In this document: piece after piece, positions 40,673 to 51,495 of the stretch
Position numbering within the stretch: the first letter of the stretch is position 1
How the letters are laid out: every line of letters starts with the position of its first letter
Origin: Leucoraja erinacea
Taxonomy: Eukaryota
Assembly (NCBI RefSeq): GCF_028641065.1
Contig: NC_073379.1
Span: forward strand, 112,592,001 to 112,656,000
DNA length: 64,000 nt
Direction: 5' to 3'
Position numbers and translations under genes: made by a program
The notes under the pieces: model-generated
Databases searched by the model: none
Seen by the model: the letters and a program-made list of their open reading frames with translations, nothing else
Told to the model about the DNA's origin: nothing

Positions 40673-41200
40673 CAGAGCTGCCTACTCTCACGCATTGAGC
40701 GTGAGACTCACGCATTTAGCATTTCGACAAATTCTCACGCTCTCACGCTGATCACAAATTTCTCAGGCTCTGTCGTGAGAAATTGTGTGATCAACGAGAA
40801 TTTCAAAACTAATATCAACTGCATGGGCCGTGGGTGTTGGAGAGCCGGGGCTGAGGGAGGGATGGAAGCGGAAGCAGCGGTGGGGGCAGATACGGACGGG
40901 GAGCCGGGGCTGGCGAGTGTTTGCCGAGCTGGCAAGTCGCTCGCTGCAGCTCCGGCCATGGAGCAGCCTCAGTGCAAGAGTCCCGGGGTGTCGGAAGCAT
41001 TGCGCCGATGCCGTGAGAGTCTCTGTGCCGAATTCGCCCAAGTGACCGGCATGGACCAGGTGCGGCTCGGTGCATCCTGTAGGACAACCAGTGGCTGCTG
41101 GAAGTAAGTACCAAGCACAGGGTAAAAGCGGTGGAAGATAGTGGCCGTTAAATGGGGGTGGTTGGAGAAAGCATCCTGCTTGCCTGATAGATTTTCACTC
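40673..41200 (+). mobile_element. Non-autonomous DNA element with hairpin-rich terminus carrying a host-gene fragment
   Basis: Terminus CAGAGCTGCCTACTCTCACGCATTGAGCGTGAG, near-identical to CAGGGCCGCCAACTCTCACGCTTTGAGCGTGAG at 48520; internal inverted repeat tgatcacaaatttctca...tgagaaattgtgtgatca. Confidence 0.6.
40958..41109 (+). pseudogene. TDP2: Disrupted TDP2 exon-1-like fragment (N-terminal UBA-like domain) with splice donor
   Basis: GCCATGG, then RRCRESLCAEFAQVTGMDQ, a 1-nt frameshift, ARCIL*DNQWLLE|GTAAGT; resembles recalled TDP2 RRLLCVEFASVASCDAAVAQCFLAENDWEME. Confidence 0.7.
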
Positions 41201-41209
41201 TTACTGTAA

Positions 41210-41535
41210 CTGCAGGAAAAATGTTCCCGATGTTGGGTGACCGGGGGTCACACAATTTAAGAATAAGGGGTAGGGCATTTAGGATAGAGATGAGGGCAAA
41301 CTTTCTTCACCCAGAGAGTTGTGAATCTGTGGAATTCTCTGCCACAGAAGGCAGTGCAGGCCAATTCACTGGATGTTTTCAAGAGAGAGTTACATTTAGA
41401 TCTTGCGGCTAGCGAAATCAAGGTATATTGGGAAAAAACAGGAAAGAGGTACTGATTTTAGATGAACAGCCATGATCATATTGTATGAGTGCTGGCTCGA
41501 AGGGCCGAATGGCCTATTTCTGCACCTACTTTCAA
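41210..41535 (+). mobile_element. CR1 3' fragment
   Basis: MFPMLG, cagagagttgtgaatctgtggaattctctgccacag and the CR1 3' UTR. Confidence 0.85.
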
Positions 41536-41749
41536 TGCTTGACTATGGGGGCAATAAAACTCAACCACTTGATTTTGAAACAAGCATGGTGAGGGTATAA
41601 TGTAGTCATATAGAAACAAACAATTGCAGTTGCTGATTAATACACAAAAGAACACAGAACGCTGGAGTAACCCAGCAGGCCAGGCAGCTTCTCTGGAGAA
41701 CATGGATAGATGACATTTCGGGTCGAGATCCTTCTTCAGACTCTGTCTG

Positions 41750-42189
41750 GGACTGGCCCTCTCCCGATTGCTGGCGGCCAGGGGAGAGGCGAGGGTCGGC
41801 AGAGTTTATGGTCGTGGCTATCTGCAGGTAAGTGTCTCGCAATGGCGGCGGCAGGCGCAGTTTGGAAACTGTGTTGGCCGGCAGTGGCAGCAGCAGCAGC
41901 AGCAGGTCCGGCCTGGTTGCCGTGCGACCCGGGGATGGCGTGAACGGCCTGGGTTGTGAGTGGCCAGAGGCGGCACAACCTGGGTACAGCACAGGCGGAC
42001 TGCGCAGCAAGCGGGGCCGCTTGAGTGGCAGGCGCAGCGAGTGGCCGAGGAGGTGCCGCGGGAGTAGCCAGCGCTGCAAACGGTTGGGGAAGGGGTGAGA
42101 GCCAATGGTGGCGTGGACAGCCATCAGTACATCCGTCCTCCATAACTGAAATCCGTTATAAAGAGGTCCGTCAAAACGAGGGTTTACTG
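41750..42189. mobile_element. pogo/Tigger-like non-autonomous element, right end, with GC-rich interior
   Basis: Ends CCGTCAAAACGAGGGTTTACTG|TA (reverse complement CAGTAAACCCTCG). Confidence 0.6.
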
Positions 42190-42581
42190 TATACACACAA
42201 AGTAACTATTAATTTCCCATGGTTACTTTAATAATTTGAAGACTGCAAAACTGCTCATTGTTAAATAAGCTGTTATTATTTGTACAGCCAAACAAAAAAA
42301 GTAATAAATTGATGCCCTTTTTGATCTATAGCTTGCTCAAAATAACACTTCCATTGATTTGGATGGATAGGGATGGAACGAGGATGGAATTTGGATGGAA
42401 CTAGGGAAATTCACAAGTATTAACCATTCTTTCAATACAAAATAATGGACTTTTTAGATTTTTACAAACCTGTGACTTTCAGCAGCTGTGTAACTAACAT
42501 TAGTTGTGTTACTCACAGATAGACACAAAATGCTGGAGTAACTCAGCAGAACAACAGCATCTCTGGAGAGAAGGAATGGGT

Positions 42582-42609
42582 GACGTTTCGGGTCAAGACC
42601 CTTCTTCAG
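42582..42609 (-). ncRNA. Minimal hammerhead-ribozyme-like core within a short Penelope-derived element
   Basis: Minus strand CTGAAGA-A-GGGTC-TT-GACCC-GAAAC-GTC: CUGANGA box, stem II, GAAA box and GUC triplet. Confidence 0.65.
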
Positions 42610-43239
42610 ACTGAAGAAGTTACTGAAGAAGTTAGTTGCTGCCTGATGACAAACACTTTATAAACACATCAACAACAGCTGTTAATGTCAGAAGCATTAA
42701 AATATAGCAATATCCCTTCATTTTTCATATTTTAAAATCATCAACTTATCACTTTTGACAATTTTGTAACAAATTCAAGTTAAAGCTTTTTTCATCAGAA
42801 TGTTATAAAGTTTACTTTGTACTCAATCCCCTTTTGAATAAAGCCACCAATCCCATAATTTTAACAAGCTTCTCAATTTGTCCTGCTGACCTCAATAATT
42901 AACTCTTATACCGCACCAGGCGTCTCTGTTCTAATACCACTTTAAAATGAGACCATTTACATCAAGTTGTCCCTCATTGTCTCTCTTCATTCTGCCTACC
43001 AGAATGTTTAGCTTTCAGTTTAGTTCTATTATTGTCACCTGTATCAAGGAACAGCGAAAAGCTTTGTTTTGCATGCTTTCCAATCAGATCAGTTAACACA
43101 ATCAAGTCAGACTGAAATACAACAGATAGAGCAATAGGGAAAATACAGAGGGCAGAATATAGTTCTTAGCATTGTAGCGCACCAGATAAAATTAAGTTTA
43201 AATAGTAAATCGAGACCAAAACTACCTTAGCATGAGTTA

Positions 43240-44030
43240 AAGATGTAAAAAGATTGTAAACAAATGATTAAGAGCTGACTGAGACTGGAAAACTAGAAAC
43301 GGAGTTACTAAACTGATAAAGTGGCAGAGGACAGCAGAAATGTCACACAACAAGTAGGATTGGACTGTGCCAAGGAAAAATGGTGGAGGAATAAACAAGT
43401 TCAAAGTCTGAGCAGGCTGGAACAATGAATGTGCCCAAACTGGCTTGCTTATGGATTGGGGTAGAACCAGGGTGTGTGGGGATGAGGGGTGATAAAGCTA
43501 GAGGTTAAGGAGATAAAGTTAGAGGCTGCCAGGAAGACATTGGCCTGATGTGTTTTGGTAGGGCACAGTCCAGTGGAACGTATGAGTTGGTATTGGAAAG
43601 TTGATATTTGGCCCAACTGTTATATTGGTCAATTGGCCAAACTACACAAGCTTTAGTCAGAAAGTTTCATCACAATATCAGGTACTTAGTGAGTAGAATG
43701 CTGCCAATTCTGTAGGAATTAAGACAGAATGAGTAAACTGTAGGGAAAAATCCCATTGTTGGAATTAACAATAAACAGATCTAGAGAAAGTAAGTAGCTA
43801 GAAAGGTTTCAGATTGTTCGGGAGTATGGGAAGAAAAGTTCCAGTGTCTAAATTGCCTGAAGAAATGGATGCAGAGGAAGAAGAGCTCAATAAATAGATT
43901 CAATAGATTCATTAAAATGGGATTGTAAGGGGAATGAAGCCAAGGCCTTTGCTAAGGACAGATCATGAGATCAGAGAGGGGAATATCAGAACTTGAGAAG
44001 TGGCAGGAAGTTATGTATTTGGGGTTCTTC
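43240..44030 (-). mobile_element. Old Penelope-like remnant
   Basis: Purine-rich reverse-complement similarity to the PLE RT region at 30170-31100. Confidence 0.45.
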
Positions 44031-44907
44031 AATACAATTTTCAACACTAAGATATCAATATATCCCAAATCCTGTTCATATCAGAGAAAGCTGCACCACT
44101 CTACACAGCACAGCATAAAATATTCACTACAATGATGTTTGTAACAACCTTCTATAATTATATCCAATTAATGCCCAACTAAGGTCATAAGTGATAGGAG
44201 TAGAATTAGGCCATTTGGCCCATCAAGTCTACTCTGCCATTCAATCATGGCTGATCTAAATCCCCCTCCTAACCCCATTCCCCTGCCTTCTCCCCATAAT
44301 CCCTGACACCCATACTAATCAACTAAGATGACATGCTATGAATTTAACCAATTAATTCAAAGCCACAATTCCAGTTCCTTCCAGTAAATTTCAATGAAAC
44401 AATGGGAAAAAGACAAAACTGTAATGTCATGCTTCTTTCAGCACTTCCTGATACGAGGACAGCCTTGCAAATGATATTTTGCATTGTACTATTTCCATCA
44501 TGTCTAAATTTGGAAGTGCGACTACATAAGGCTCTAAGAATCAAGGCCAGAGAACGCATATTGCTCTGGAATAGAGATGAAACTGTTGACATAATTTCAA
44601 TGTTCCATTCGTGTTTAAATGATGAAGATTTCCTCATCGGATTTTCCTGCCACAAGGATAGTTATACAAATAAATGTATATACTGTTGTTTCACCTTGTT
44701 TTTCTTATATAATAGATCTTCACCATGGTTTGTATTCAGTAGGTTAGTTGGAAAAGATACTTGGGCAGACACTACAGTGGAATATGATTTCTTGTTAAAA
44801 TTGCTAAACATTAGTTTTTCTATCAATACATCTGAAACAAGTATTCACTATTTATCAAAATCATATCAGACAACTTTTCAAAATATTCAACAGTTCAAGC
44901 CATTTAA

Positions 44908-45313
44908 AATTTAGAAGATTGAGGGGGGATCTTATAGAAACTTACAAAATTCTTAGGGGGTTGGACAGGCTAGATGCAGGAAGATTGTTCCTGATGTTGG
45001 GGAAGTCCAGGACAAGGGGTCACAGTTTAAGGATAAAGGGGAAATCCTTTAGGAGTGAGATGAGAAAAACATTTTTCACACAGAGAGTGGTGAGTCTCTG
45101 GAACTCTCTGCCACAGAAGGTAGTTGAGGCCAGTTCATTGGATATATTTAAGAAGTAGTTAGATGTGGCCCTTGTGGCTAAAGGGATCAGGGGGTATGGA
45201 GAGAAGGCAGGTACAGGATACTGAGTTGGATGATCAGCCATGAACATATTGAATGGCGGTGCAGACTCGAAGGGCCGAATGGCATACTCCTGCACTTAAT
45301 TTTTATGTTTCTA
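44908..45313 (+). mobile_element. CR1 3' end (same family as 5014-5989)
   Basis: RGDLIETYKIL...LWNSLP; near-identical to 5568-5970. Confidence 0.93.
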
Positions 45314-48300
45314 TTAACAGAATACATTATTCTACTTTTAAATATATCTACTGTAGTTTGTACCCTCCAAACTATTTTTAACACAGGAGGCTTTAACGGA
45401 ATATACAATAAGATAAAAGAAACAACTGCCAATTTCAACCTGCTCTGCTCCGGTTAGTCATTAGAATTGTGGTTCTAGTCCTGTTGCTATAAATAAAGAC
45501 TTTAGTGCAGTACTGAGGTTGTGCTGTACAGCTGAAATTCCACCCATAGATATGATGTAAAACTGCACCCTTGTTCGTCTCTGTTTGTAGGTGTAAAAAA
45601 CCTCATTATATAAGTTACACAAGACTTTGGAGCTTTCCTAACATTCTGTAATATGCAACTGAGGATAACATATTGAGACAGATTGCAGACAGAAAGCAGA
45701 GTAGAGGAACACAGGGTCCTGGTCATGTTGGCAGGCCGTGGCGACTGAGATACTGCACGAATTGGTGCCTGCGCTATTCATAACCTAAAACACCAATTTG
45801 GTTGAGGGGACTGAATATCATATTTCTAAACGTTGATGATACAGAAACTAGGTGCAATGGCAAACGGGGGGGATGTCGGTGGATCTCCCTTCACCTCAGC
45901 ATATTGGTGTTATAGTTATACAGCACAGAAACAGGCCCTTCAGCCCTACTTGTTCATGCTGACTACGATGCCCCATCGGCTCATATCCCACTAAACCTTT
46001 CTACATGTAATCATGAAGAAGGCACATTAGCACCTTAATTCTGAATTATTTAAATGATTCCTTTACTTCTAGGATCTGCTATCTGTCTATTAACTATTTA
46101 TGTAACTATCCACAAATGTTGTCAGCTATAATTTTCTTTAAAAATCTTATGTGGCAACTTGTCAAAGGCTTACTAAAAATCTAAATATGCCACATCAACT
46201 GTTTCACCCACATCTATTTTGCTAGTCACAAATTCAAAAAAACTCTTAACAGATCTGGCAAACATGGTTTCCCTTTCATAAATGCACGGTAACTCTGCAC
46301 AACATCATTGTTATTTTCTAAGTATCCTGTTACTACTTCCTTAATAATAGATTTCAGCATTTTCCCTGTATTGTTTTTGGCAGCATCATGTGATTGAAAA
46401 TTGACTTGAAGCAAAACATGATGGTGACAAATCCAACCGACTCTGCCTAATGATTTTATAATTTCCCAAATTCCCTGTACTACCTCCATAATAATAGTCT
46501 GCAGCATTTTCTTGGTAGAATGGGATGCTATCAAGGAGATTACTGATGAAATCTGAATATGTTGAAAGAACATGTGTGCAGATGATGATAGAGGATGGCC
46601 ACAGAATGAAAATAAGTGGCCTTCAGGATAGCTGGGCTAACAAGATTAGCGTCACCCCCCCCTTGAATTGAAGTTGCAATCTAATGGCAAGTAAAAGCAA
46701 ATTTATGGTGAGAACTGAAATCAGTTTCCCAAAGTTGATCTGGATGCAACTCCAAAAGACCTTAAGTCGACAAACCGTCCATGAGCGATCAAAAGCAACT
46801 AAAAGGTTGAGAACACATTCAAATTGGTACAGTTGCAGATGTTAAGCACATAGGTAAACTTGTCCTCTGTAAATTGTCACCAAGTTGCAGGGTATAATTA
46901 AGAATGTGCATCGATGGATTATCCAAAATCCAATTTAAATTTTCTATAGGGATACCTACAGTGCTGAAGAGTCACAAATTTAGCAATTCCATCCTTACAT
47001 CCAGTAAGTTATAGAAGTTATGCTGTGAAGAAAACAGTAGCCATGTTGTGAGCTTTATTTTTACATAAAACTGCATTAATCTCTGGTGAAATCAGCACAC
47101 AGAAGGAATGTCTTTTGTATTTTTTTGTTGTTAACATAAGGGTGAGGGAAGAGCTCTTGGGAGAAAGGCCAGTGCAGGCCTTATTCACAATATTTGGAGT
47201 TGTCATTATTAACATAGTAGGCAAATACATAAAAACAGTTGCTCTGAATCAATCGCGAGGATATATTTTAGGTGCAGAGAATTGAATGAGAAGCATAAAG
47301 AACCTGCAAGGAGCAGTACAATATAAATAATTGACACAGTTGAGTATATTCATTGCTCTGGCAAGCTCCGTAGTTAAAAGCAAACCACTGCTACCTGAAT
47401 GTGACAACTAACAATATACCATTAGATATGTTGCGTACATTTCTGTCAGCCATTGTATGCAACTGTTAGACAGATCTTTTCATCAGTATAACATTTTACA
47501 CAGTTAGCAATGCATTTCTGCATCTTGTGTTAATCAGAGTTTGTATCAGTAAGATACTTTTATGTACTCCAAGGATGCTATTTTCAAGCGATGCAAAATA
47601 CTTTAAGTTCATTAAAACATAAATTTGAGAATTAGGTGCTATTGTCAAACCATGAGCAATATTGTTTTAAACATAATGATGAGAAAATGCAGAAACATTT
47701 GGTCATATGCATGAAAATTACAATAAATTTTAACTGAAATAAATATATACACGATTAAATAAATGGGGAGAAAAAAAAATCCCACAACTCCAATTATAAA
47801 CAATCCACACAATAGATTAAAACTTCCCTGCTTTCAAGGTTTCTTTCCAAACAGAAATTAATCAGAAAATAATTTTCATTTATGTGGTAACTTTTATTAT
47901 TTCAGTTTCTCCTAAAGTGCTTTACAACCATTTAATATGCTGAAAGTGTTGCCTTGTCAAAGTATACCTCATCCCAACATAGAATAAATGACCAGATGAT
48001 CTAGTATCAGCAATTGCAGCACCTCCCACAGTACCAGTACAACACTCCCTCTTGCTGCACCTCAAATGCCAATTTAGATTATGTATTTAAATCCCCAGTG
48101 TTGATTATTTCTGAAACTGATGTGAGAGAACTGAAGATAACAATTTTAAAGCTCTGATGCTCATTATGTAGCAAAATTATAACAAAGTAAAATATTTAAT
48201 CTACTTTAGATTAAGTAATTGTAATAAATAAACTACAAAAGTCACATTTGGTATTTATCAATAATTGGTTGAGGGAAATCTTTGTGATTTTAGCAAAAAT

Positions 48301-48519
48301 TAATTTTCAACCTTATACTGAAAATTATAATTTCTTATTTGTCATCTTCGAATATTTTTTCCACCATTATATAATCAAAATTCTTCCTAATTTGAATACC
48401 GCTGTTAAATTTCAAGAGTCAAGACAAGAGAGTCAAGAGTAACAACAACGGAACAGGCCTATAAATGCAATACACACAGATAATATATAGAAACATATTC
48501 AATAAATTAATGTATAATA

Positions 48520-48557
48520 CAGGGCCGCCAACTCTCACGCTTTGAGCGTGAGACTCA
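48520..48557 (+). mobile_element. Isolated terminus of the element family at 40673, abutting a CR1 tail
   Basis: CAGGGCCGCCAACTCTCACGCTTTGAGCGTGAGACTCA. Confidence 0.65.
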
Positions 48558-49067
48558 CATAGAAACATAGAAATTAGGTGCAGGAGTAGGCCATTCGGCC
48601 CTTCGAGCCTGCACCGCCATTCAATATGATCATGGCTGATCATCCAGCTCAGTATCCCGTACCTGCCTTCTCCCCATACCCCCTGATCCCCTTAGCCACA
48701 AGGGCCACATCTAACTCCCTCTTAAATATAGCCAATGAACTGGCCTCGACTACCCTCTGTGGCAGAGAGTTCCAGAGATTCACCACTCTCTGTGTGAAAA
48801 AAGTTCTTCTCATCTCGGTTTTAAAGGATTTCCCCCTTATCCTTAAGCTGTAACCCCTTGTCCTGGACTTCCCCAACATCGGGAGCAATCTTCCTGCATC
48901 TAGCCTGTCCAACCCCTTAAGAATTTAGTAAGTTTCTATAAGATCCCCTCTCAATCTCCTAAATTCTAGAGAGTATAAACCAAGTCTATCCAGTCTTTCT
49001 TCATAAGACAGTCCTGACATCCTAGGAATCAGTCTGGTGAACCTTCACTGTACTCCCTCTATGGCAA
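48558..49067 (-). mobile_element. CR1 3' end (same family as 5014-5989)
   Basis: DRLDAGRLLPMLGKSRTRG...; catagaaa tail. Confidence 0.93.
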
Positions 49068-49378
49068 CACAGTCAGTACACCTCTCCTACACTTGTCTCC
49101 TGCACTAAGATCATCTCGCAGAGATTGATCCCAGCCTAACCCTCCCTATTCTCTCCTATTCTGCAAGAAAAAAACTACATTGAAGACTCAAACTCGCGAT
49201 CGAGTAACTGCCGGGATCGAGGCGCAAACTCGCGACCTTGCGGATATGAGATGAGCACTCTACCACTTAAGCCAGCCGTTAAAATCTACGCTAAAATCTT
49301 CCATTCCGAAAGCCGAAAAATTCTGAATTACGAAAAGTGTCTGGTCCCAAGGCTTTCGGATAAAAGGTTGTGCACCTG
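49068..49378. mobile_element. pogo/Tc1-like MITE right end containing a tRNA-like segment
   Basis: Ends TCGGATAAAAGGTTGTGCACCTG|TA; tRNA-like sequence at 49211-49277 on the minus strand. Confidence 0.6.
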
Positions 49379-49474
49379 TATATTTAATTAAAATAATTAA
49401 ATTTACTGTGCTGCTTACATGTCCATCTCATTTATCTGTGCTGAGAGATTAATTGTCCAGTAACATATCTGCCA

Positions 49475-49860
49475 CAGCCTTTTACTCAGAGTAGGGGAAT
49501 GAAGAACCAGAGGACATTGGTTTAAGGTGAGAGGCGAAAGATTTAAAAGGAAACTGAAGGGCAACGTTTTAGTGCAATGCGTGGTGGGAAGATGGAACGA
49601 TCTGTGAGAGGAGATGGTTGAGGAGATAACACAACATTTAAAAGATATTTGGACCAGGTACATATCCAAATGTAACTGGTCCAAATTGAACATGTACCTG
49701 GTCCAAATGTGTTTTAAATTGGACCAGGTTTCAAATACAGGAAAGGTTTAGAGGGATATGGACCAAACAAAGGCAGGTAGAACCGGTATAGATGGGACAC
49801 CTTGGTCAGCGTGGGCATGTTCGGCCGAAGGGCCTGTTTCCATGCCGTGTGACTCTACAT
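49475..49860 (+). mobile_element. CR1 3' fragment
   Basis: ccagaggacattggtttaaggtgagag ... ggccgaagggcctgtttcc tail. Confidence 0.75.
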
Positions 49861-50179
49861 GAAGGAAACTGGGGATGAGCAGTTAAGTTACTGCATAGTA
49901 GCCAAAGTTTGTATTGTTAATCTAGAAACATGGCAGTTGGAAAAAATCTTTTATAGCAGCAAGACCATGCACTGACTAGGTGACTGATTTGCAAAGCCCC
50001 TGAGACCCTGCAATGATTATTCTGATCTCCCAGTTGCAGGCCAATTTAATCCCCCTTCCCAGCCCCACACCGACTTGTCCATCCTTGGTCCGAGTGAGAC
50101 CCAACACAAGCTAAGGTGCAACACCTTATATGCTGCCTGGGGAGTTGGATATTCATACCAACTGTGAAGTTGGGCAGTA

Positions 50180-51495
50180 TTGCTTGTTATAAAGCATCCC
50201 TCCCTGACAAGCTCCATGAATTGTTTACTAGCTTTGAACAGATGGTCACTGGAATGACATCATCCACCCCGACAGCCCTGTGTGCGCCTGTTCCCATGAT
50301 CACAGTCAGATCAGCCTCCCTGAGAGTGAACCGCAGCAGGTTAATGACCCAGATTTATTCCCGACCACATCCTCACGACCTGCATGCATTAACTGACAAG
50401 AGTATTCATGGACATCTTTAACCTTTCCCTACTCCATTCCGGTGAAAGCAAAGGTAGCGAGTCTTAATGACTACCATCCAGTGGCTCTGACATTCACTAT
50501 CATGTAGTTGTTCTTGCATGGCTGGTCATGATGCACATTAACTCCAGCCTTCTAGATGGCCTGCAGTTCACCAGCCACTACCACAGGCAAACAAAATTGC
50601 TCTGCACTACATGCATTGCTGCAACACTTGAATAACAAGGACACTTACATCAGACTCCTATTTATTGCCTATGGATCTGCCTTCAACATCATAATCCCAA
50701 CCACACTCATCTCCAAAATCCTGGAATAGGAGTCAGCATCTCCTTCTGCAATTGGATCCTCAACTTCCTGACCCATGGTCAACGATAATTCTCAACACTG
50801 ATGCCGGGCAAGGATGCATTCTCAGCCCCTGACTAGACTCCTTATACACTCATGACTGTGCGGCCAAATGCTGCTCTAATTCCATTTATCACTCACCACT
50901 GCAGTGGGCTGGATCTCGAAAAATGGCAAAATGGAGTACAGGAATGTGATAGTGAACTTAATAACATGGTGTCAAGACAAGAGCCTCTCCCTCAATGTTA
51001 GTAAAACAAAAGAGTTAGTTATACTTGAGGAAATGAGGTGGTATATGGTGCTGAAGTGAAGATGGTTGAAAACATCAAGATCCTTGGCGTAAATATGACC
51101 GATAATTTGTCCCGAACCAAACATATTGACGCTATGACCAAGAAGGCACACCAATGCCTCTGCTTCCTCAAACCATTAAGGAAGCTAGCATGTGTCCAAC
51201 CACTCTTACAAACCTCTAGACGCACCACAGAAAACATCAGGAAGCATCGCAGCTTGGTTTGGCAAAAACTCTGCCTAATATCACAAGAAATTGCAGAGAG
51301 TTGTGGATGAGGTCCATTCCATCACGAGCCACCCCCCTTCCCCACACCCCAACCACCTCCTACCTCCATCTACACTTCACACTGTCTGAAGGAAAGTAGA
51401 CAGCATAATAAAGAACCAATTTCACCCAATCATTTCCTCTTCTCTCTCCCGTCGGGAAGAAGATGCAAATGTTTGATCACATGTACCGCCAGATC
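50180..51495 (+). mobile_element. Old Rex1/Babar LINE remnant
   Basis: LPDKL.EL..SFE, NDY.PVALT-like, SAFNIIIP, QGCILSP, KKAHQCLCFL motifs. Confidence 0.8.

Noticed and set aside
44402-44914. 170-aa plus-strand ORF
   Set aside because: AT-rich, no domain similarity or splice context; probably chance.
46005-46025. Minus-strand CATGATTAC as the end of the SSBP2 AKAFHDY exon
   Set aside because: Upstream codons do not match and no donor follows directly; that exon is presumably beyond the window.
49211-49277. Functional tRNA gene
   Set aside because: Acceptor and T stems do not pair properly and the B box is degenerate; treated as TE-borne tRNA-like sequence.
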